A stretch of 63,348 nucleotides of DNA, counting the filler, from Sphacelaria rigidula (lineage: Eukaryota), in the NCBI GenBank assembly GCA_964200075.2. It is 6 parts of 6 records of this genome, joined end to end, with 100 filler letters (N's around TTAATTAATTAA, not from the genome) between each part and the next. Parts side by side here need not be neighbours in the genome. Positions count along the whole stretch, not along the records: positions 21,155 to 31,628 come from CAXNAA020006433.1; positions 31,729 to 42,202 come from CAXNAA020006434.1; 4 more parts are not named here. The stretch is one strand, 5' to 3'. Below, in pieces: positions 28,681 to 40,687 of the stretch. The notes under the pieces are model-generated. The model ran no database searches. It was not told the origin of the DNA and worked only from the letters and a program-made list of their open reading frames with translations. A program made the position numbers and the translations under genes. The number at the start of each line of letters is the position of its first letter. The first letter of the stretch is position 1.

Positions 28681-28936
28681 GAGTAATGCTACGGTAGAGG
28701 CGCACAAATATTTTCTGGGGTTAGAATTTTTGAGGGCCCTCTATCTCATCCAAAACACGACTTGTGAAATATGTGAGGGTACGCCAGGATTATGATTTCA
28801 ATTTGCTAGGGATATTCCGAATGAACTTGCAAACGGGAATGCCCTTGCCTATACCTTGGTGCATCCGGAATTGTTATGAGCCCGTGAACCAGACAAGATT
28901 TTGCGCAAAAAGTGTACACCTGTCGTAGCATTGCTC
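28681..28936. mobile_element. Sola-like MITE family A, copy 2
   Basis: GAG...CTC termini (gagtaatgctacg / cgtagcattgctc) with a perfect 4-bp TSD gtta/gtta. Confidence 0.8.
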
Positions 28937-29152
28937 GTTACCGATTTTATTTTCACGCTCAGGTTTTTTTTGGGGTAAGCATGATGGTGATCGAGCTAGT
29001 GAGGATCATATTGTGCGGGGTGGGAGAACCTCAATTCCGCGCAAAGAGGATGGTCATACTACGTAGTGTTCAAAATGGCGAGACACCCAGGAGGCAGTGT
29101 GGAACCTGTGGCTCTCTTGAAGTGGCGATACCAGAAAATCGAGCAACTCATT

Positions 29153-29366
29153 GTAGGCTGTCATACAAATTCAAGAAAATCAGTAAGCTTCGGGCCGAAC
29201 AATCTTACCAGGATGCAGCTCACCCTTCATGCGGCTCGCCGAACACATCACGACGCTCTTGGTGAATGGTTGCGAGCCTGGTCCGGCGAAAAGCTCCACC
29301 CCGGCTTTGTAGGGATGCGAGGTCAAAGGTCATACACCAGTGGCCACCCGTGTTATGACTACGGCT
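29153..29366 (+). repeat. Dispersed repeat of about 200 bp (copy 2)
   Basis: Homologous to 14228-14425 (-). Confidence 0.75.
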
Positions 29367-29371
29367 AGTCT

Positions 29372-29722
29372 CTCGCGTGGGTAGTGCGTCTTGATTGCCA
29401 GGATCGTTTCACCTTCAGGTATCGCTTTGTAATCGGGTGCGTCGTACATGGTATACCAGCGACCCTCTTTCGACTGTTGGCCTGGGCCGCCACCTGCTTC
29501 GTGAACGGAAAGATGCCGATCTTCCCATCGAAGATCTAATGGTCCACGTGGCTGCACCCGGCCGCGCGGCGACGGCCAAAAACCGTCACCTTCGGTTCGT
29601 AAATAAATCTTGTGTATTCTACCGGAGGGAGCACCCTTGTCGCCGTTTATAAGGTGCTGTTGGCCGTCTCTATAGCGATTTAACTACTTTTCGTCGATGT
29701 GGACCAAGTCCTCGAAGTGAGC
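29372..29722 (-). pseudogene. Mariner transposase relic (plant/oomycete DD39D-like type)
   Basis: The minus strand reads, across stops and frameshifts, FEDLVHIDEK*, PKV.FLAVAARP, IFDGKIGIFPFTKQVAAQANSRKRVAG and LAIKTHYP. These match the VHIDEKWF...FDGKIG.FPF motifs of this group. Confidence 0.85.
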
Positions 29723-31628
29723 GGTAAAACTGAGCGGTTGATTTTGATTTTGATTGGCGCACATTACTGTACTGCGTACCTGATCCCCGAGATATCCAGT
29801 CGTGATCACAAGATATATTATATTATATGCCTGATAGATCCCCAAGATAAAAAAGCGCACGAGACAGGGATCTCATAGCCCTTCTCAGCCTTGCCCGCGG
29901 AAGTGACTAGTGTTTCAAGGGAACTGGACCTTCAGATCTAGCTCCCCCAACATGCAGCGCCGAAACGTGGTCTTTGACATCCCTCAGGCTGCGACTTTAT
30001 GGCGCACGCTCTGTGGTGTGCATCCTTGGGAGCATGGCTTTTCACTTGATCGATACACTACAATAGTAATTTCTGAAGGCGACGAAAACTGTTTTTTTAC
30101 GGCCATTGTTTCTCTTGCGGCGATTGCACAAGTCATGATTCTACACATACTCCTTCTGCTGTTTGCTCATTTTTCACAGCGTGGAAGCAGACCGAAAAGT
30201 AGTAATCCAAGACTTCTCTGCCCCTCGTGTCACAGTCCCCTCAGAGAACCCGTTGTTGCTGCCTTTCACCAGCTTGCTCGTCGATTACTGCCCTTTTCTC
30301 GGTGGTTGATTTCTTTCTCTTTGTTTTCTGGGAGATTTGCTCATTCTCTGACATCGCCAACAAGTCACGGAAAGGGGGATTTCCAACGGCGAGGTTGTAC
30401 TACCTCTGCTGTAGGTGGGGCTGGAAGTATGAGGCGCCTTTGGCGGGAAAAAGTTGCGTTCGGGCGAGACTGTCAGCAAACGCCTGTTTTGGAACAAAAC
30501 TCATGGCATTTCAAAATCCGCCAGCAGGCAGGAGTTACGCCGCGTTTTCCTATGCAGTACTGGTTGACTGAAGGTCTTTTACCATGCAGCACTACAGCAC
30601 AGTACAATACAGTACAAGTGTGTTACAGTACTCGTAGCACATTGCAGATGAAGGCGACGTAGTTGTCACAGGGACATAAAAGGATTTGTTCGGCTGGCAG
30701 AAATACCCTTTCCGACCAAGTTCCGACCCCAAGATATTCACGACACACTGATTATGAAGGGGGGCGCTTTTACAACGGTGATTGCCTTCTTGTTAGCCAA
30801 TGCTGCGCAGACTGTGAAGGTGCCATCCCCAGGTATGAAAGTGTGATACTCGTACCACCCGACTGTCGTCTCCGCTTCTTTTGTGTGCTGTACGTGTTCA
30901 AGTCTACAGACAGTTGTCTGTCCAATCTGGGCTACGTATAGCATATTAATTGCTGAGTACGGCACGGCCGTGACAGTGTAGTGTAGTGTACCCACATGCG
31001 GCTTCGGCTCCGCACAGGCTACTACGATCGCCAATGCCATAGCATTAGCGTCCATGGCGGAAACAACTACATCCACGTTGACAGTGGTGGCAGCTTCTTT
31101 GTTGTCAAATGTGCCTGAGAGCCAGCGGGAAGTCGTTTCAAACACTGGCAACGCAGAACGGTTACACTACACCGACCAGATGAAAAGTAACTATCGGCAG
31201 TCGGTCCGTATCAGTACCCGTCTGTTTCTCTACTTAAACCGTGTGCTATATATATGTAGTCGAAACCCTGACGTGGAACCGGCCGGTGTGTGCGCCGCAG
31301 TCGCTATCTCGGTTGTGTTCGGTATAGATCTTTGTTTCTGTAACCCGCAGCGCGTCACGTGGTCCCGGTGTGATCTTGTCCATGTGCCTTCTGACACCAG
31401 CGATTGCTCTCGCAAAAAGATATTATTAATGCGTCGATGCGGTGGAAAACAGCATAAAAAATATTTTTTGCAGTTGCTTTCGAATTTTGTCACATTATGC
31501 ACTCCCGCCCCTCCGCCCCCCGACTTGGGGGGGGGGTATGGGGGGGTAGGGAAAACCTCATGAATCACCCGTTCGAAAACAGTGTGACTCCCCACGTATC
31601 CGACCGTTGGCTCCCACCTGGAGATTAC

Positions 31629-31728
31629 NNNNNNNNNNNNNNNNNNNNNNNNNNNNNNNNNNNNNNNNNNNNTTAATTAATTAANNNNNNNNNNNNNNNN
31701 NNNNNNNNNNNNNNNNNNNNNNNNNNNN
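31629..31728. other. Artificial contig spacer
   Basis: N-run with TTAATTAATTAA linker. Confidence 0.98.
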
Positions 31729-31836
31729 GGTTGGTCAGGCTCGCCAGGTTTCTGGGGAGTATTAGCATCGGCGGCAGAACACGCCCACTGTAACACAAAC
31801 ATCGACAACGCAGTTCTACTGCCAGAAGGCAAGGAG

Positions 31837-33105
31837 ATGACAAATCACGTAAAGATAGTCGATAGGTGGGAAACGGGGGACCCCACACCAATTCCAAAAG
31901 ATTCTACGACCACCCCACACCCAGCAGGAGGCTTACATGACAATTTCTTCACGGCGGTGTACGTAGACGACTACCTGCAGATTCGCGTACAGCACTCCGA
32001 CGACGACACGAGCGCATTGATCGCGTCCGCGTCCCTCGCGTCCGACCACGTCAGACTCTTCGGCAACGGAGAAGAAGGCGAGACACCTATTTTAGCCCCC
32101 CAAAAGAGTACAGATTGGGATACCGAGATAGAGGCGTTGGGCCTGACCATTAACTCGCACACTATGCGGGTCTCCGTACCCCGCGAGAAGGTCGAGGCGC
32201 TCCGACAGACGTTGCTAACCGAGTGGCCCCCCACTCGACGATCAGCGACTGCCCGAGAAATATTGAGCCTGGCAGGAAAGCTGTGGAACCTCACATACGC
32301 AATGCGTCCAGGTAAGTATTTCGTATGGAGAACTCTGCGACTTGCGGGGCTCCACGATTCTAGAGCGAGAGACAACCAGAGTCGCGTCGTAGAGGTAGGG
32401 AAAGAATTTCACGCCGACCTGAACTTTTGGAAGTGGGCGATCGAGAAAAACCTACTGCAGCATGGGGAGTCTCTGAGTGCACCCTGCTACTCCATAGTAA
32501 AGCGACCTCCCCACCGACACTACCTCTCGGACGCAAGCTTCGAAGCCGTAGGCGGCTACTGCCCAGAAAAAAAGACATACTGGAGATACGACTTACCACC
32601 GGAACTTACCACAGAACTCAAAAGAAAAGCTCAACTTCGCGAAACATGCACTATCACGATTAACCTCTTGGAACTCCTGGGGATGGTAGTCACCGCTTGG
32701 GTCATGCTCGAATTGGTAAACGACAAACCCGAAATTCAAGGCGACCCAATCTTAATGCGCGGGGACAACGTAGCGGCAGTCACGTGGGTCAACCGGTGCG
32801 GGGGTGCAAAAGATAAACGCGCAGGATTACTCATGAAAACCCTCGGGAGGCTGGAAATCACGGGGGGATGGAGCCACGAGGCAAAACACATTCAAGGGAT
32901 TCAAAACGTACTCGCGGATGGAATTTCACGCTGGCCACGGGCGGAGCTAGCCAGACGAGTAAGGGAGCACACCCACGACAATAACTGGTCGGAACAAGCC
33001 ATCGGCCCACGGGGGGAGAGCATCTTTCACACCATCCTCAAAACCAAGAATATCACCGTCCGACACGACAAAACGCTGTGGTTGCGCATGATGGAACCGA
33101 GTTGA
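31837..33105 (+). CDS. Reverse transcriptase (C-terminal part) and RNase H of the YR retrotransposon
   Basis: YVDD motif; ILSLAGKL thumb-region motif; DIRS-type RNase H motifs YLSDAS, INLLELLG, RGDNVAAV, HIQGIQNVLADGISR. The frame is probably open from the contig edge. Confidence 0.92.
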   Translation: MTNHVKIVDRWETGDPTPIPKDSTTTPHPAGGLHDNFFTAVYVDDYLQIRVQHSDDDTSALIASASLASDHVRLFGNGEEGETPILAPQKSTDWDTEIEALGLTINSHTMRVSVPREKVEALRQTLLTEWPPTRRSATAREILSLAGKLWNLTYAMRPGKYFVWRTLRLAGLHDSRARDNQSRVVEVGKEFHADLNFWKWAIEKNLLQHGESLSAPCYSIVKRPPHRHYLSDASFEAVGGYCPEKKTYWRYDLPPELTTELKRKAQLRETCTITINLLELLGMVVTAWVMLELVNDKPEIQGDPILMRGDNVAAVTWVNRCGGAKDKRAGLLMKTLGRLEITGGWSHEAKHIQGIQNVLADGISRWPRAELARRVREHTHDNNWSEQAIGPRGESIFHTILKTKNITVRHDKTLWLRMMEPS

Positions 33106-33224
33106 CGATGTAATACTCGAACAACGAAACAAAAGTACCGTCATCGAAAACAACCACAACCCAGGCATGAGCATATAAAAATATCTATACATAGAGTACT
33201 CAGTCACGCACAGTACATATAAAA

Positions 33225-34385
33225 ATGACCACCACCCTACATACGATAGAGACGGTCATGAGGTCACTGGATGAGACATCAAGCCACCCCCCAACCTCAC
33301 CCCCCCCCCTGAACGCAGGAACAGGAGAAACCGGGGGGCACAGCAGGGAGGAAGTAGCGCGTTTAGTTCAAGCGCTGGTGCTGGGGGGCGTTGGGGGTAG
33401 CACCCACAGGACGTATAAAGCGCGTTTTGAAGTGTGGGAAAAGATGCGCTATGCACAGGGAAAATCACCCTGGTTGACTGAAACCGATGAACCGGACGAC
33501 GTGATCAATGCACTGACCGAGTTCATGGCTATGCGATGTTTCGTGCACAACAACCAACACTCCACCATAAGAGGTTACCTCGCCGCTATCAAGTATTTCC
33601 ATAAAGTGTATGTCGGATGGGACTTACCTACAACGCACGGCAGGATTAGGGCTGTAGGAAAAGGGATCGATAGAGCTCACGCATCGACTCAAGGAAAACC
33701 GCACATCAGGCGGCCGTTGACTTGGGCTTTGCTAAAACAAGGGCGACAGACAATAACCGAGGACCCGGACGGGGGTCATGTCATGTGGCTTGGTCTCGCG
33801 CTCTCGTATTTTTTGCTGTGCAGGGCATCCGAGTTGTGGGCGTACCCCGACGGTACCGTCCACCCAGAATTCTGCTTAACCCGCAATTGCATCAGTTTTT
33901 TTCCGGGAAGACGTACAATTAGATTTTGCGAACCGCGCGTTTGCGAACAAAGTGAAGATTCACTTCGTTGGCTCCAAATCCGATCAAAAAGGACAAGTTG
34001 CATCATTACGAGAACAAGGATCGTTAATTCGGTGCGATCGAGCGGAGTACCGGCGGGCGCGTTCGAGGCGCTTTTGGACCCACAACTGCCAGGCCACGCA
34101 CCCCTGACCACGAGAGCCACGCCGACGGGATGGAAGGCTTTTGCTCGGATTGAAGCAGTAACAGCGTTAAGAACCATGGTCAGCCGTGCGGGTAGAGACC
34201 CGTCCGAATACGTCTTACACTCAGGCGGGATCGATGGGGCCACGCAGCTAGCGGCTCGAGGAATCTCCGAACTACAGATTCAATGAGCAGGACAGAGGAA
34301 GTCGAGGGCGTTTATGGTTCACGTCAGGGAGGCGGGGGAGGGCGCAGAGGGCGTCTCCGTCGCGCTAGGAGAACAGCGAGTAGGG
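33225..34385 (+). pseudogene. Tyrosine recombinase of the retrotransposon, inactivated
   Basis: STIRGYLAAIKYFH and LLCRASEL are intact. GSKSDQK lies in a shifted frame (about 33900-33990). The C-terminal box reads HSGGIDGAT...IQ*AGQRKSRAFMVHVR against the expected HS.RIGGAT...GRW.S..F..Y.R. Confidence 0.88.
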
Positions 34386-34447
34386 TAGCCAGACGTTAAA
34401 AGTTGGGGTTTAACAAGATACTCGACTGTCAACCAGGCTCGCCTAAT

Positions 34448-34699
34448 GGGGGAAAGGTGGATAGCTCCGCAGGGGATAGTAATAACATAATCGTCAGCGT
34501 CGATTTTCGGGTTAGCCTGAATAATAGTATGTAGTGGTTGATGAGTTAATCGGGACGAAAAATGCACCGAGTGCATACCGCATTGAGTTCGATTTGTTTT
34601 TGGTTGCAGGCATTTTAATTTGCTGTAAGTCTAGTGAGACACTGCCGTACGTAGAAACGAGACAACACATAATACCAGAATTCTTGAGCCGAAGCAAAA
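34448..34699 (+). repeat. Split direct repeat B1
   Basis: About 250 bp, roughly 15 differences from 35075-35329 counted by eye; both end gagccgaagcaaaa. Confidence 0.92.
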
Positions 34700-35074
34700 G
34701 CTAGCGTTCAGTATGAAAGCGGTGTTTGCGTAGGCGTTTACGAATTCTGACAATGTGGGACGTACGTACAGAAAACGGTACGGTGTCTGTCCTTGTTTCC
34801 CAGCTGCAGTGCCGCTGCCAGTAGAAAATTTGGCCATCGCAGCTAGGTTGCCGCACACACGAGTACAGATACCATCACCAGCAACAAGTAGCATTCATCT
34901 AGCAGCGGCCGACTGGTATAAGCAGCACATGTAGGGAGAAGTAGGCACGAACTAGCGCACTTCGCAGAGGATCGATCGACTTTCCCCCCCGCCGCCCCGT
35001 CGCTCAAGAAAGGGTGGAACCAGGGTGCAAAAAGTGGATAGGTGACTGTGCGGAGTAGCTCCACCGTAACAGTA

Positions 35075-35329
35075 GGGGGAGAGGTGGATAGCTCCGCAGG
35101 GGATAGTAATAACATAATCGTCAGCGTCGATTTTCGGGTTAGCCTGATTAATAGTATGTAGTGGTTGATGAGTTGATGGGGACAAAGAATGCACCGAGTG
35201 CACACCGCATTGAGTTCGATTTGTTTTGGTTGCAGACATTTTAATTTGCGGTAATTCTAGTGAGACACTGCCGTATGTAGAAACGGGATAACACATAATA
35301 CCAGAATTCTTGAGCCGAAGCAAAAAAAA
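35075..35329 (+). repeat. Split direct repeat B2 (element 3' end, A-tract)
   Basis: Direct copy of B1, ending in A8. Confidence 0.92.
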
Positions 35330-36869
35330 TTATCCGCCTCCCGCAGCCAGCTGCCTGCAAGTGCTCCATGTATGTGGTAAATGACTCGTCACCTTGCAGA
35401 CAGACCGGCAGGCTTCATTCAGGATTCAATACTCCAAACTTACAACATGGTCGTGTTTCGTAGTATTTTTTGTTGCTGGTCTGATTAGCCAAACCTTCCA
35501 TTTAATAGTCTTCACACACATGTTGCTACAGTATGTCCTCAAAAAAGTAGCTGAGAGTAGTACACTTGTACAAAGTACAACCGGTACCCGTAATTCGAAA
35601 ATATTTTACATGTCGACTGACGGGAGATGATGGGGGCGAAGAATGGCAGCTTGGAGCTTGTACGATAGCTTCTTGCAGCGCGAGAGGCCAAAGGCTTCAA
35701 CGCCCTGTGTCCACAGGCTAAAATGCCTTACCGCTGTATAATGTATCATAAATGTACTGTTGTAGTGATATTTATATTAGTGTTGTTCGTTCGTGGGTTA
35801 GGGTGTAGGTGTGCAGGTTGTGGCCTTCAAACTCATAACTGAAGAGAAACTTCATTTTTTAATCAGAATAAATATCAAAACTCCGAATGTCCAGCTTGTC
35901 TTGTCCTCATGCTAGAAGGCGCGCCTCGTGAGGGAGTACTGCCACAACGCCACAACAACAAGGACAGGAATAAGGTGCGAAAAGCACGCCCAAATCGCGC
36001 TGAAAAGGCTCAAAGTGGGGCTTGAAAAATAATAAGAAGCTCAAGCTCAATACAAGAAGAAAACACGCACACGTGACTCAAGCCTATCTGGGCCAGGCAT
36101 ACTAGTTTTACGTGAAATTAATGGCCTCACTCACCCCCCATACATGCATAATTGTTCCAGCGCGCCCTTTACCGTTCATGATGTAAGCGCACGGTGCGGT
36201 GAGTGAAAACGTTTTTTTACCTGGATTTAGGGTGATGAATATAATAATAAGATCTTATTATGATGCGGCCCAAAAATCGGCGAATTATACGAGAGTGCCC
36301 CCCCAAAAAACTCCGAGACCCGATGTACCCCCCCCCCTCCTCCTCCGGCGGTCGTAGGATTTTGTTTTTTTACATTAAGAAACACTCAATAAGTAGCCAT
36401 TTTAGGGCGGCTTAGGTGAGGTGGCGCCCATTACTGTTGGCCCTATCTGCCACCACAACAATGGACGCAAATCAGCGATGCAGATAGATGCCTTTAGCTC
36501 GATTGAGCATGGCAGAGTATTGTGGCATTTGTCTGGTCTTCTTGTCGTGGAAGTGTGATGTGCAATGTATTGCCGCAACTCATGAATATAACTTGGCCTT
36601 GACTCCGAAGGTAGGCGAAGAGAATAAAAGACGATATTTTATTCTTTATCAACTTTTTGTTTTTTCATGTTGTCTTTTAATTTTTTTAATGTTTTTTGTT
36701 TTTTGTTTTTTATTGTTTTGTATTTTTGTATGGGATTTAGTAACCCCCCCCCGCCCCCTCCCCGAAGACACCTAGGATGCAAAAAAATCGGCATATAAGG
36801 CCTCGCATTTTGGGGAGGGGGGTACTCCTGCATTATACAGTGATTGTGTCTTGGTGGTGAGATAAGATA

Positions 36870-37375
36870 ACCGCAACAGTAGTCTATCTGGATCATGTAT
36901 ACTTTTTCCAAGTGAAATTGATGCCGATTCCACACATGACCTAAACGTACTCTCGCTGTCCAAGGGTTGACCCTTAGACCGCGAGTTTAGTCTTGTGTTG
37001 AATCGGCATCAATTTCAAGTAAAAAAAAGAATGCATGATCCAGAAAGACTAATCTCGCGGTTTAACCCTTAGACCGCGAGATTAGTCTTCCTGGATCATG
37101 CATACTTTTTTTCATTTGAAATTGATGGCGATTCAACAGAAGACTAACCTCGCGGTCCAAGGGTTAAGGGTTAACAGGGTATTACAGTCGATCTGGATCA
37201 TGCATTCTGTTTGGAAGTGAAACTGATGCCGATTCGACAGATGACCTACTCTCGCCGTCTAAGGGCTACAACGCGCGAGTAGATAATTTATCTGTCGAAT
37301 CGGCATCAACTTCACTTGGAAGGTATGCCTTATCCAGATTAGATGGACTACCCTCGCGGTGCGTCCAAGGGTCAA
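36870..37375. mobile_element. Array of five ~100-bp piggyBac-like mini-MITEs in mixed orientation
   Basis: Best unit 37066-37163: ttaa|cccttagaccgcgagattagtcttc...gaagactaacctcgcggtccaaggg|ttaa. The core ctggatcatg...tgatgccgattc is repeated in orientations +,-,+,+,-. Confidence 0.8.
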
Positions 37376-40324
37376 AGCCGGAGAGCCGTTTCATTTCATC
37401 GCATTTGTCATTTCACACCAAAACAGCTTTTTTTCGTCACACGCACAGACAGTGGAAGAGTGGTTCATGCCGTGTCTCAGTTGAAAAGAGAACAGCAGTT
37501 CAGTCAGACCCAAGAAAATTCGCAGGTCCCGCGCTGGGGGGGTTGTGCAGCGCATGTGCAAGTAGATAACAGATGCTTTCAAACTACTACTACAACTGGT
37601 GCTTTTACCACGACTCCTGCTGACTGCACCTCCAGTCGCCACCACGCCTCAACCTTCCATATTGCAGCATGGCGACATCTTCAGCAGCAGGTATGTACTG
37701 TCAGTGCAGCACATCTTCTTGATGGTCTCCAGAACAGAGACAGCTTGCTATTATTGCTTCCAACATATATTTCGATATACACTTATCCTGCTACTGCAGC
37801 CATGACTATTTCGTCAGAAAGCTGTCCGTAAGAGTTTATTTTTCATGTAATGTGCCGTCTTCTGTTGAAAGGTTCTTCTTTGGTGCTTGCGTTGAACAAA
37901 CCCTACCTCCTCCGCCGCCGTGCGTTACTGCTCCCCCCGTAACATTTTGTCTTCTTGCTTTTTGGAACATGCACAGCCGAGCTTCCGCCCGAGCTGCTTG
38001 ATGTACCGGACTACAACGCGGTAGACAAAGGTGGGTGAAAGTACGACCAAAGTGCGTAGTATCATATATACCACGAAGTAAATGACAATGATAATGTGAC
38101 AGACACACACACTAGCGGGGGGTTTCTTTTTCTTTTAATTTCAAACCTGTCAAAGGTACAAAGGTAACGATTACCCCAGTGCATCACCCCAGACTCGATG
38201 GTTGAATTCACTGGGTTCTACAGTGCAAACAACAATACAGAATCACATCCAGATCTTGGCAGGGATCACGGTCCCAAGCCCTAGCCCAAGCTTGTGTGAA
38301 GCGTGCACACCCTGCGCAGCACATCCCATGGTCTAATCGGCACGTGAGCTGTCAATTTAAGCCGAAAAATAGAACACCCAGTCTAGGGTCTGATGCACCA
38401 GGTGCCACCGTTGCCCGAGGTTTCCCGGTTTGCCGAGCGTTGGAATTGGGCTGGCGTAAGCCGCCTGCGACACAATGACGACAGTGGTTTATTCAGGGCT
38501 ATCCGTTTGGGATATAGAGCGAACACCAACTGATCGGCAGCTTGTCTTCGTTGCCTAATCTGGAAGCATATCGATGGTGTGGATTAGCGGGTTGTAGTGT
38601 CCAGATTGGACATGGTAGGCTGCTGCTAGAGCGGATGTTTTTTTCCCTTCGATCTGCTGATGATGATGTGCTGTCTTTTTTCTCGAAACTCAGGACAGAA
38701 TTATTTGAACTCTCATCTCACAAGTATATTGCGGATATGTAATCCATGGATGTGATGGGATGGGTGTTGATCCACGGACCATATGCCGTCGGCACAATCG
38801 CGCCGTCGAAAGCATCTGTATCAGCAGCGTACCTATAGCTCAGCACTACAGATATCTTACACGTGTTCGACACATACTAGGAGCGATGTTGTATGTATCA
38901 CGAAAGAGAGCAGCTCTTTATCCTGGCACATCTTGCCCGCCATTGTTCTTACTCGTAGGTGCGGGCAGCATTCGATGATGGCGTCAATTTTAATTGGAAT
39001 GTCCCATGCATAGAAGTTGTCCGTTATTCCTTGTTGTTCCGCTTTTCATCCAACTACAAAGTGTATGCGCGGTATACAACCATTAACTATCCGTGCATAC
39101 GATACCTCTACAACGGAACTCCACGTATAGTGCGGTGTCGTCAGTGCGGACAGCGTATACGTCCGGATCCAGCGCGCCCAGCGCTTTGCACCCAGTCCGC
39201 TGTACTTTGATGCCTTGTTCTTGGTGCCGTTTACTCCTGCTGCACAAGCCTGCAATCAGCCCATCCATGCTAAATACTCCACCCTCGAAGCTCGCGCGAT
39301 GTCGAATGTGATAAACCTACGCTGGATAGACTTTAGTAGATAAGTATCAACCATCTGCGCTGCAACGAAGCCGCATCAACTCGTCCTGTTGTCTTCTTGT
39401 CTGGGGTGGTCAATACACATCTCGAATCTGCAGGTTTCGTAGGCTGAAATGACCGCAATCACGGGGAAAACACGCCCAACATGTCCGTAAGATACCGTGT
39501 GCACGCACATATTTTTGGAGAGGAGTACAGTACTTCGACCGTGCCAGGGTCAAGCGTCCAGGCCACGGAGTAATTTTTCAAGTGTAAGTGATGCCGATTC
39601 AACACATGACCTACGATGGCGCTCAAATGGTCAACAAAGGCAAGCTATAATAGCAACCCTCGAACAAGCGGTGTGCATACAACTGTAGTAGTGCTGAAGT
39701 CGAAACCCAGATATCAGATCGGTGCCTGCGGCGTAGTGCTCACGGAGAACGCGTGCTGAGTGCGATGGGCGAGGGAACTCATGGGACCGTGAGCCCTATG
39801 ACCGAAAGGGTTAAATCCTTTGATCAAAACTTCAACTCCTGACCACGCGGGTGAGCCATGTGCCTGGTCTCGAACCAATTGTGATTTTTGCTGTAGAACA
39901 AAGGTACATGAAGGAGGTCCGCATATTCGTGCAATGACATTGTTGGGCTCGAATGGAAGACGTACGTCGCAGCCAGAGGGTTTCTGAACTGCATCGCAGT
40001 CAGAGGGTTCCTGGTGTGCAGACTTCAATGAGCGAGAGTAGTTGCGGGGTGTTCGCGGTCGTTCTACACCAAAAGGTAGTTGCAACGTTTCCGTTTGCCA
40101 CACATCTGCCGCGCGGGGGTACGTTTGCGCGTACTTGGCGCGCGGCCTGCCCACGATGGGCTCAGACCGTCAGCCCCCCGAAAGATCGGAATGTAACTGT
40201 CTAATCTGAAACCGAGCGTTGTGCATAAAACATGTCGACCAGTTGGGGCAAACTCTAGTCGCGCACGGGCCGCGCGTCTGAGATATTCTTGGATAAGCCG
40301 CAGCGTCTCGGGACAGCACGTTGT

Positions 40325-40425
40325 TACACCCTGGACAGTATATGATGAAAAGATGTCATGAACAAGAACCGTACCTTGAGTGTACTGGGTAAAGTGCACG
40401 AGTAGACCTATTGCAACTATTGCAC
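40325..40425. mobile_element. Left-oriented end of the CACACCCTGGACAATA TIR family
   Basis: tacaccctggacagta, then gtactgggtaaagt and ctattgcaa, as in the reverse complement of 1-89. Confidence 0.45.
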
Positions 40426-40687
40426 AAGTTGGGCAGATCAGCTTCAAGTAGCTCTTTTTTAGCGTAGCTCCCTAGTGAGCTGTGAGAGCTACGCTCATGT
40501 ATTTCCTGGTTGAGCTATGAGAGCAACATGAATTGTGCATGTTGGCCCTAGATGAGCTACCGACCCGTGGCTCATCAGCTCATATTCGCCCTGAGTGGGC
40601 TATGAGAGCTGTCTGGGCTACGCACGTTTGTCATAGGTGTGCTACCAGTCCGTAGCTCATCAGCTCATATTCGCCCTGGGTGAGCTA

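Larger units (their letters stand above)
31729..35329 (+). mobile_element. Tyrosine-recombinase retrotransposon (DIRS order, Ngaro-like); 5' end lost at contig edge
   Basis: RT-RNase H ORF, then YR ORF, then direct repeats B1 (34448-34699) and B2 (35075-35329) separated by about 375 bp. No methyltransferase domain between RH and YR. Confidence 0.88.

Noticed and set aside
29910..30662. 250-aa plus-strand ORF
   Set aside because: Non-ATG start and no domain signal; likely a chance ORF.
30738..31120. Possible minus-strand exons (GTFDNKEAATTVNVDVVVSAMDA...)
   Set aside because: Splice sites are plausible, but there is no homology cue or consistent multi-exon model.
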